Origin: a candidate division WOR-3 bacterium
GTDB lineage: Bacteria > Hydrothermota > Tepidihabitantia > Tepidihabitantales > Tepidihabitantaceae
Assembly (NCBI GenBank): GCA_965648905.1
Contig: CBFGIT010000013.1
Coordinates: 17,108 to 81,107, forward strand
DNA: 64,000 nucleotides
Reading direction: 5' to 3'
Part shown: positions 56,936 through 64,000 of the stretch, piece after piece
How the letters are laid out: every line of letters starts with the position of its first letter
Position numbering within the stretch: position 1 is the first letter of the stretch
Translations under genes and position numbers: made by a program
The notes under the pieces: model-generated
The model's input: the letters and a program-made list of their open reading frames with translations, nothing else
The model's database searches: none
Told to the model about the DNA's origin: nothing

Positions 56936-58072
56936 ATGACCGCACTTCTGCTGCAGCTTGCGCTCCTGGCCGGGTCGAATCCGGTCCCGGTGCTGAAGGT
57001 CGGCTACCGCATTGACAATCATGCGGCGCCGCTGTACGCGGCGTGTCTCTATCCCGGTGACTTCGAGCGCCGCTACGGCATGTGCTTGAAGGAGCGCATG
57101 TCCCGGCGTCAGTATGACCTGTCCGACGGCCGGCAGTGCGTATTGCGGGTGGAACTGGTCGGGCTTGAGTCAGACCAGGCGGTGTTGGCTGCGCTGGTTG
57201 CTGATTCGGTTCAGGTCGGGCTGGCGAGCGCCGAGGACGTGATGCTTGCGACCATTGCCGGCAAGGGAACGCGGATTGTCGCTCCGCTCCAGTATCGCGG
57301 GGACATGCTGCTTGTGTCCGGGGACACGTTCCCGAACTCAAGCAAGGGTTCGGGTCAGGTTCCCGGCGACTGGGCCGGCTTCGTGGCCTGGGTCAAGGCC
57401 GGGAAGCGGCCGGTCCGGGTCGGGTTCGTCGGGCAAGAGCCGGCGGCGCTGCACTGCCTTGACCAGGCGCTGGAGTTTGAGGCGGTGAGTCGGTCCCGTG
57501 ACACGCTCGATTCAACTGCAACGGTGCGCTTTGTCCGGGTTCGTACCTGGCAGGAGCTGGCCCAGGGACTAGGCGAGTGCTGGCTCGATGCGGCGACAGT
57601 ACGTCAGCCTGAGGCGACGTTTGTCCGCCGCACCGGCGGGAGCCGGATAGTCGGCGAGATTCACGACCTGCCGCCGAACCGGTTTGAGAACCGGCCCGGC
57701 ACGGTCATCGCATCAACCGACCGCGCCATCGCGACGCACGGGCAGGAGATATCCCGGTTTCTCGAACTGATGGGCCTGGCGACCCACTATGCCAACAATC
57801 GGACGCGCAACACTCTGGCCGCGACTGCGAAGTGGCTTGGGACATCGACCGAAGCGGAAAGCGCGGCACTGGCCGGCATTGCTTTCTCGTCCATGCCGAA
57901 CCTTGCGTTTCGAGACGGGCTCTGGAACTGGTACTTTGCCCTGAAGCTTGGGCAGAGCCTGCCCGACAGCCTTGACGACTTCATGGAGCGGGACGAGTGG
58001 CTCGGTATCCCTTACGACTCGTCGCTGGTTGCGCCGGCACTGGACCGCGCCGGCGCACGGTTCATCAAGTAG
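56936..58072 (+). CDS. ABC-transporter substrate-binding-like protein (NMT1/SsuA-like)
   Basis: Signal-like start, LKVGY...H..PL..A, IVAPLQ..GD.L.V; no permease gene adjacent. Confidence 0.7.
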   Translation: MTALLLQLALLAGSNPVPVLKVGYRIDNHAAPLYAACLYPGDFERRYGMCLKERMSRRQYDLSDGRQCVLRVELVGLESDQAVLAALVADSVQVGLASAEDVMLATIAGKGTRIVAPLQYRGDMLLVSGDTFPNSSKGSGQVPGDWAGFVAWVKAGKRPVRVGFVGQEPAALHCLDQALEFEAVSRSRDTLDSTATVRFVRVRTWQELAQGLGECWLDAATVRQPEATFVRRTGGSRIVGEIHDLPPNRFENRPGTVIASTDRAIATHGQEISRFLELMGLATHYANNRTRNTLAATAKWLGTSTEAESAALAGIAFSSMPNLAFRDGLWNWYFALKLGQSLPDSLDDFMERDEWLGIPYDSSLVAPALDRAGARFIK

Positions 58073-58080
58073 CCGCTCGG

Positions 58081-59298
58081 TCAGACAACCCGCAGCTCAC
58101 CCGAGTCAACGAACAACTGGGCCGGACCGGGTCGGCTCATGAACTGGTGCAGGCTCATGGTGTAGCCATAGGCACCGGCGTTCAGGAAGCCGACAACGTC
58201 ACCCACGACCGGTTCAGGCAGACGAACCCCTTTGGCAAGGCAGTCAACCGGCGTACAGATCGGGCCGCAGACATCAACATCGGTTGAGGCCGGGTCGGCG
58301 AGCCGGTTGAGCAGGCGCACCGGATGGGACACGCGCATCACTACCGGCCGCGAGAACGCGTTCATGCCGCCGTCGGTAATGGCGAACACCCGGCCGCGCG
58401 AGCGCTTGACCCTCACCACCCGGGTGACAAACAGACCAGCCTCAGCCACGAGAAACCGGCCCGACTCAAAGATCAGCCTGGCTCCGGAAAGCAGGTCGTG
58501 GTGCTCTTTGACCATGCGGGCAGCAGCCTGGCCCACCGGCCCAAGGTCGAGTTCGGGTTCGTCTTCCTGATACGGCACGCCAAAACCACCGCCGAAGTCG
58601 ATGTACGAGAGCTCAAACCCTATTCGCCGTACCAGCCGGCCAGCCAGGTGGAGTACGTATTCGATGTGGTTTACAAGAAAGGTCGGGTCAAGGACCTGGC
58701 TGGCTGAATAGACATGGATGCCGGCGATTCGCACCGAATTGAGCCGGACCGAGGCAACATCGCGTACCACAGTCTCTTCGTCAAACCCGAACTTGGACGG
58801 CCCGCCGACCATGGTCTCCCAGGCCCGGGGCTGTTCAATCGTGTTGATGCGCAGGAGCGCAGTGACCGGTTTGCCGAGCTCCTGGCCGACCGCGTCAACT
58901 GCGGCCAGTTCTTCGGCCGAGTCAACCACGAGTCCGGCAATGCCAGCTTCAACTGCGGCGCGGATATCAGAGCCGGTCTTGGCCGGCCCGACAAAGACGA
59001 TTCGGTCCGGCGCAGCACCGGCCCCAAGTGCGGTCTCAAGCTCGGCAGCCGAGCTGACCTCAGCACCGGCCCCAAGCGAGAAAAGCAGCCGGCAGATTTC
59101 AGGGTTGGGATTGGCCTTGAGCGAGTAGTGGACCCTGAAATCCGGGAAAGTTGAGGAGAGCAGCCGGTACTTTTCCCGAATGACCGCGCCGGAGTACAGG
59201 TAGAGCGGGGTCTCGTGCTGTCTCAGCACGATGTCAAGGCCTATCCCTTCGGGCAAGAACCGGCCGTCCCGGACAAAGTCCTGCTCAAACCTCATCAT
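58081..59298 (-). CDS. Fold-type III PLP-dependent decarboxylase (LysA/BtrK-like)
   Basis: YSLKANP, GGPSKFG, DFGGGFG, ESGRFLV, DGGM, GP.CTP.D, GAYG motifs. Confidence 0.88.
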   Translation of the reverse strand: MMRFEQDFVRDGRFLPEGIGLDIVLRQHETPLYLYSGAVIREKYRLLSSTFPDFRVHYSLKANPNPEICRLLFSLGAGAEVSSAAELETALGAGAAPDRIVFVGPAKTGSDIRAAVEAGIAGLVVDSAEELAAVDAVGQELGKPVTALLRINTIEQPRAWETMVGGPSKFGFDEETVVRDVASVRLNSVRIAGIHVYSASQVLDPTFLVNHIEYVLHLAGRLVRRIGFELSYIDFGGGFGVPYQEDEPELDLGPVGQAAARMVKEHHDLLSGARLIFESGRFLVAEAGLFVTRVVRVKRSRGRVFAITDGGMNAFSRPVVMRVSHPVRLLNRLADPASTDVDVCGPICTPVDCLAKGVRLPEPVVGDVVGFLNAGAYGYTMSLHQFMSRPGPAQLFVDSGELRVV

Positions 59299-60110
59299 TC
59301 TCTCCTGAAAACCTCAATCGTGCTTGTTCCCTGGAAGATGTAGAAGGGGAAAGGCTCGGATACGACCGTGTCAATGCCGATGGTCTGGCAGTACTCTTCG
59401 CCGAAGTTGGCTCCGGTCTCGGCAAACAGGAGCAGTCTGGTGCCGGCCCGGCGTGCTTCTTCGACAATCAGTTCGAGCGAGTCGGTGGCAATGGTCATGC
59501 CGGTGACGATTGCCAGGTCTGAGTCGCGTACGTAGTCGAACGTCTTTGTGCCGTCCTCGACTAGGACGCCGTGAACCGTGGAGCCGACCAGGTCTCGCTC
59601 CAGGTCGGTTGCCAGCACCTCACAGCCGCAGCTTTTCAGTTCCCGGATGACGTTGCCGACCACGCCGACGTTCACGACGCGCGGACAGGTCTTGCCTGAG
59701 ATTGCGGCCAGTCGGTTCGCCTCAGCCATGATGACCGCGGTTCGGCGCGCGGTCTTCTCAATCGGCGTGCCGGACAACTGGTGCACGACCGCGGGCCGCC
59801 GAGGCAGCGAACTATACAGCGCGTCCAGCACCGCAATCGAAATACAGGTCTTGTCCTTGACGACATCGCGGGCGTCCTTGCCGACCAGCTCCCGGCCGCG
59901 CTCGTCGTCGCCGGTGCAGTAGCAGCATCCCTGGCCCTGGTTCATTGCCAGCCAGAATGTGTACTGAAACGTCCGCTCGGCCGGGTTGGGCCGAAATGCC
60001 AGCTCGACTTTCCACAGCCCGCGAACTAGATAGTCGGCGCCAGGTCCGAGCCGGTCCAGCGCCCGGTCGCGCAGCACGGCGAAGATATCAGTCGTGGTCT
60101 TGCCACTCAT
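59295..60110 (-). CDS. DUF364/Rossmann-like domain protein
   Basis: IA.LDA, V..VGVV, D...VTGMT......L..I motifs; overlaps both neighbours. Confidence 0.7.
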   Translation of the reverse strand: MSGKTTTDIFAVLRDRALDRLGPGADYLVRGLWKVELAFRPNPAERTFQYTFWLAMNQGQGCCYCTGDDERGRELVGKDARDVVKDKTCISIAVLDALYSSLPRRPAVVHQLSGTPIEKTARRTAVIMAEANRLAAISGKTCPRVVNVGVVGNVIRELKSCGCEVLATDLERDLVGSTVHGVLVEDGTKTFDYVRDSDLAIVTGMTIATDSLELIVEEARRAGTRLLLFAETGANFGEEYCQTIGIDTVVSEPFPFYIFQGTSTIEVFRRE

Positions 60111-61017
60111 TTCGATGTGCGGTCAGCCAGCGCCGCAGCAGCACAGCCAGAGGTTTCTCATGACCCAGGTAGTTGTGCGGTGCGCCTTTGAGCACATGGC
60201 CGGTGAAAGAATGGGTACTAGTCGCTGCCAGCCGGGCCGCGGCGACGAATTGAGCCGGGCTCAGGGTGAACGCTTCTTCCTTCGTGCCGACAACAAGCAT
60301 GATGGGCACTTGAATCCGGGCCAGTTCCGGAAAGGACTTGCGCGCGGTCAGGCTCAGGTTGAACATGCCGGTGACTGAGTCCGGGGCAAAGCTGTCAACG
60401 AAAGTGCCGGCTGACACCGGGTAGGGAAACAAGTCTGCGGGCAATAGTTGTCGTGCGCGACCTGAGCGCACCAGGCGGCGGGCACGGGCCAGTGCCGGGC
60501 GAAAACGCCTGCCCATCAGTTCCTGCGCCCAGGCTAGGTCGTCAGAAGGCGAAAGCAGGATAAGTCCGACTACGCGCGGGTCAAGGGTCTGGGCGACAAA
60601 CCAGCCAGCTTTGATTGCGCCGTGGCTGTGGCCCTGGAGCACTATTCGGCAGTAGCCCTGTGCCTTGAGAAAGTCGAGCGCGGCCCTGATATCAGCCAGG
60701 CAGTCAGCCAGCCGCTCATAGATGCCGCCGAGCTGAAGATAGTCCCCGGCTTTCGGTCTCAGGATATCGGCAATGTAGTCGTGACCGCGATTGTTGAACG
60801 CGAAGAAACCAAGCCCCAGACTGACTGCGGTTCGGGCGGCGTGGTCGATGAACCGGTTCTCGTAGAAGTTGCCGTCCCAACCGTGAACGTGGACAAGACA
60901 GGTGCGGGTTTTCCGCCCCAAAGGTTCGGCGAGAAACCCGTTCAGTTCAAGCCCGTCTTTGGTCTCAAACCGGCACAGCCTGCCGGCAACTCCGCGTGGT
61001 ACTGACCTTGAGGACAT
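60088..61017 (-). CDS. Alpha/beta hydrolase (DUF1749-like)
   Basis: T.DG..L.G, HG..GNFY, NNRG, GHSHG nucleophile elbow, GAPH. Confidence 0.85.
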   Translation of the reverse strand: MSSRSVPRGVAGRLCRFETKDGLELNGFLAEPLGRKTRTCLVHVHGWDGNFYENRFIDHAARTAVSLGLGFFAFNNRGHDYIADILRPKAGDYLQLGGIYERLADCLADIRAALDFLKAQGYCRIVLQGHSHGAIKAGWFVAQTLDPRVVGLILLSPSDDLAWAQELMGRRFRPALARARRLVRSGRARQLLPADLFPYPVSAGTFVDSFAPDSVTGMFNLSLTARKSFPELARIQVPIMLVVGTKEEAFTLSPAQFVAAARLAATSTHSFTGHVLKGAPHNYLGHEKPLAVLLRRWLTAHRNEWQDHD

Positions 61018-61071
61018 GCACAGGATAGTAGCAACTATCCTGCCTGATGCAACCGGCGTCGGGTCTGTCGG

Positions 61072-62583
61072 CTAGTTGCCCGGCTCGGTCTCCGGCTCCA
61101 GATTCTGAAAGCCGCCTTCTGGTGCGGGCGGTGTGCTGTCTGGTGCGGGCGGCTGGGCCAGGGGCATGCGGGCCGGGTCTTGAAGCCGGGCCAAGAGAAA
61201 CGTGCGGGAGAGGAGTTCGCCCGGCTCAACAGTGACCGTCAGAGTCTGACCCTGATGCACCGAGTCGAGCGGGGTGACCGTGATGTCGTATTCGCCGGCT
61301 TTGAGCTTGCGAACCAGGAAGCTGCCGTCGCGGTCATTCGTAGTCAAGGTTCCTTGGTCCTGCCCAGAGTAATGAACCTCCGCCGGCACTGGAATCCGGC
61401 TCAGCGAGTCATAGACCACGCCCCAGAACGAGCCGAATCCGGCCCGGCGGGCAACGAGTTTGACCGTGTGGGTCATGCGCGGCTCGACGAGTACTGAGTC
61501 GACTGCTGGCTGGTATCCGGCAGTTGTTGCCGTCACCTTGAGCCAGCCTGGCTCGACTCCTTCGACAACAAAGGTTCCGTCCGGCTCGGTGTAGGAGTTG
61601 CCCTGCTGCACCCCTTCGAGCTTGAACTGGGATTGAACCGGTGCGCCGGTCTTGAACTCAGAGACGCGAATCCGAACCGTGCCGTAGAGCCGGGTCCGGA
61701 AGCTTGTCCGCAAGGCGACCCGATGGGTCATACCCAGCCCGCCATAGGGCACGAAAGCATAGTCGATCGAAACGAGGTTCAGGTTGATGCCGAAGCCGCA
61801 GGTGATGCCCGAGAGGGGCGAGAGCTGACCGATATCCTGAGGCCCGGTTCGGTAGCCGGCACGCAGGGCCAGGAGCTTTGAGACCAGGTACTCGCCGCCC
61901 AGGTGCACGTCGGGCCGGTTGTCAACTGGTGCACTGGCATCGAGCAGAATGGCGAACCGTGGCCGGACATAGCTTGCGCCCAGACGAACCGTGACCGGCA
62001 GCGGCACGTTGTCCGGTCCGTAGCGCATACCCCAGCCAAGGTTCTGGCCCACAAGGCCGACTCGGAAAGGCCGGGCCACACGCCAGAGCAGGCCAACGTC
62101 AGCACAGACCCCGGTTCCGGTCTGCTCAATCAGGTCGTCGTACAGTGCCTTCAAGGTCGCGCCGCAGTCGAGTTCAGGTGTGACGCCCAGACCATAGCCC
62201 AGGGTCGCATACCCGCTGCGCGCATCTGTCGGCTGACTGCGGTTGTTGAGCGGGTCCCAGACCTCGATGTCCTCGGTCACCGAGAAGACCGCGGCTGCGC
62301 CAACCGTTCCCGGGCCGAGCGGTGCAGCCAGACTGACGTGCTCGTCCCTGATTCCTGAGAACCACTCGTGATGCGAGAGGCCAAGTTGGACTGAGCTGAG
62401 CCGGCCCAGTCCGGCCGGATTCCAGAGCACTGCGCCGACGTCGTCGGCAAAGCCCGTGAAGCTCTCACCCATGGCGCAGGCACGCGGACTGGTCGGAACC
62501 CTAAGCAGCGGGAACGCCGTGGTTCCGGCGTCGCCCGAGCCGAATATCCCTACGAACGCGAATAGCAGCAGGTTATCGAGCAC
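61072..62583 (-). CDS. PorV/PorQ-family protein with C-terminal carboxypeptidase-regulatory-like domains
   Basis: GTT.FP.L.....R..AMGE, WNPAGL, DYAFVPYG.LG.THR, then two T..DG.F....PG repeats. Confidence 0.85.
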   Translation of the reverse strand: MLDNLLLFAFVGIFGSGDAGTTAFPLLRVPTSPRACAMGESFTGFADDVGAVLWNPAGLGRLSSVQLGLSHHEWFSGIRDEHVSLAAPLGPGTVGAAAVFSVTEDIEVWDPLNNRSQPTDARSGYATLGYGLGVTPELDCGATLKALYDDLIEQTGTGVCADVGLLWRVARPFRVGLVGQNLGWGMRYGPDNVPLPVTVRLGASYVRPRFAILLDASAPVDNRPDVHLGGEYLVSKLLALRAGYRTGPQDIGQLSPLSGITCGFGINLNLVSIDYAFVPYGGLGMTHRVALRTSFRTRLYGTVRIRVSEFKTGAPVQSQFKLEGVQQGNSYTEPDGTFVVEGVEPGWLKVTATTAGYQPAVDSVLVEPRMTHTVKLVARRAGFGSFWGVVYDSLSRIPVPAEVHYSGQDQGTLTTNDRDGSFLVRKLKAGEYDITVTPLDSVHQGQTLTVTVEPGELLSRTFLLARLQDPARMPLAQPPAPDSTPPAPEGGFQNLEPETEPGN

Positions 62584-62702
62584 TTGTCCCTCCTGAGCAG
62601 CCGGCGCAGCTCGTCCATCGAAATCTCGTAGGCCCGGAGTAACTCAAGCCGCAGTCGCTGGGCATACCGGCGGCTGGACCGGGATTGATTCTTCTTTGTC
62701 AT
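62550..62702 (-). CDS. Possible 50-aa small basic protein
   Basis: ATG 4 nt after the upstream stop; MTKKNQSRSSRRYAQRLRLELLRAYE...; overlaps the start of the next gene. Confidence 0.3.
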   Translation of the reverse strand: MTKKNQSRSSRRYAQRLRLELLRAYEISMDELRRLLRRDKCSITCCYSRS

Positions 62703-62706
62703 GTCC

Positions 62707-64000
62707 CTACCTCTTGAGAATCGCCTTTTTCAGAATCCGTTGCGGCAGCCCCTGAGCCGGAACCAGCTCGAGCTCGTACAGGTAGATCCCTGGAGCAAGC
62801 CGTTTGCCGGCAGCATTGGTTCCGTCCCATTCGACCGCGTAGATGCCGGTTGGACGGGTCTCGTTGTCGACCAGGGTCTTGATTCGTTCGCCCAAGCGGT
62901 TGTACACGGTCAAACTCACTCTTCCGGGCGTGGGCACGGAAAGGATAAACCTGGTCTGGTCTTTGAACGGGTTGGAGTAGTTGTGGACCTCGAACCTGGG
63001 CACCGCGGTCAGGCTGAGCACGGCAGAATCGTTCACCGCCTTGTTGCCCGAGAGCGACGCGGAGATGTGCACCGCGGCCCGGAACAGCGAATCAACATTG
63101 CCGGCCAGGGTCCCGGCTTCAGGCGCCACCACGCGTACGGTGAAGACCGTCCGGTTCTGCGGACTGACCCGACCGACGTCAGTCACGCCGTCCTGGTCCG
63201 TGTCCTTGAGCCCTGAGGTACCCGCCTCGTCGTAGAGCCGTACCTGCCAACCTGAGTTTGATACGGTCGCAGTGACATTGACCACCGCCTCGATCGTGCC
63301 TTCGGTCTCAACCCAGAGCTGGTAAAGTGCCGAGTCGCCGACCGGCAGGGATGCCGCGATGTCTGGTTCGACAATCAGGCCGGAGACCGAGCCGGCCACC
63401 TCGGTGACGGCCCGAGCCTCGTCTTCGGCGGTCGGGTCGGCAAGTGATGCGACTCGCACCAGAGTCGTGTCGACCGTGCCGAGCTTTGCCTGCGCGTCGG
63501 GCCGGACATCAAGCTTCAGTTCCACGCTGCCGCCAAAAGGCGGTATCGGCCCGATGTCGGGCACGCCGTTGTTATTCCGGTCCTCAAGCGACTTGCCCGA
63601 GCCGTCGCGCAGATCCCGACGCCAGTTACCCTTGTCCGAGTACAGGCTGATATCAGCCCGGTCATCGGCATTCCCAAGATTCGTCACGGCAAACCGGTAC
63701 TCATAGACCATGCCCGGTGCAGTCGTGCCGGTCTGGTCCGGCTCAATCATCAGGTTGGCAAACACCAAGACCCGGGTCGAAAGCCGGACCTGGTCAGACA
63801 CAGCCGGGTCAGACCCGGAAACCGCCTCGACTTCGGTCGTGTCAACCACCCCGCCCTGTTCTTCGTTCGGCACAGTCAGCCGACAGACGAAGCTGACCGG
63901 CTCACCTGGTCTGACCTCGCCCAAATCCGGACGACCATTGGCGTTGTGGTCGGCCAGAGGACAAAGCCCGGTCGAATCGAGCAACACCACCTGCCAGCCT
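62707..64000 (-). CDS. Large secreted repeat protein with C-terminal FlgD/T9SS-like domain (5' end outside window)
   Basis: ~115-aa repeats with L.D.N.NG.PD.G.V.P; C-terminal NY.NPF...T, VYN.LGE.I.TL, WDG.N..G..LAPGIY.Y. Confidence 0.85.
   Translation of the reverse strand, partial: GWQVVLLDSTGLCPLADHNANGRPDLGEVRPGEPVSFVCRLTVPNEEQGGVVDTTEVEAVSGSDPAVSDQVRLSTRVLVFANLMIEPDQTGTTAPGMVYEYRFAVTNLGNADDRADISLYSDKGNWRRDLRDGSGKSLEDRNNNGVPDIGPIPPFGGSVELKLDVRPDAQAKLGTVDTTLVRVASLADPTAEDEARAVTEVAGSVSGLIVEPDIAASLPVGDSALYQLWVETEGTIEAVVNVTATVSNSGWQVRLYDEAGTSGLKDTDQDGVTDVGRVSPQNRTVFTVRVVAPEAGTLAGNVDSLFRAAVHISASLSGNKAVNDSAVLSLTAVPRFEVHNYSNPFKDQTRFILSVPTPGRVSLTVYNRLGERIKTLVDNETRPTGIYAVEWDGTNAAGKRLAPGIYLYELELVPAQGLPQRILKKAILKR

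Overview
GC-rich bacterial chromosomal window. PorV/PorQ-like genes and several secreted proteins with C-terminal sorting (T9SS/FlgD-like) domains suggest an FCB-group candidate phylum such as WOR-3 (inference only). Housekeeping content: gap-pgk-tpiA-secG-rplU, pruA, nadA, scpA, a stand-alone fusA, yhaM-like, rsmG, three tRNAs (Val-CAC, Asp-GTC, CAT probably Ile2) and a 23S-5S rRNA unit with its own promoter and no 16S gene upstream. The 23S gene carries a 674-nt group I intron at the L1931 site that encodes a LAGLIDADG endonuclease. The accessory region (~39.2-55.6 kb) holds an ERCC4-domain nuclease, a three-gene defence-like operon (DUF1998 DEAD helicase-nuclease, SNF2 helicase, type IIG-like adenine methyltransferase) and a decayed papain/C39-like peptidase gene preceded by an unannotated 52-aa ORF. 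The least explained signal is a dispersed family of non-coding ~300-400 bp elements, each with a TAAST-N15-ASTTA-like palindrome beside a degenerate 12-bp-periodic array. Two copies 23 kb apart align without gaps over most of their length, and three palindromes surround the ERCC4 gene. Also seen: a GIY-YIG nuclease bracketed by REP-like repeats, an arginine-synthetase-like gene beside pruA, and many TTGAC-N16-TAnnnT promoters, several apparently leaderless. All calls are by eye; no database searches were run.
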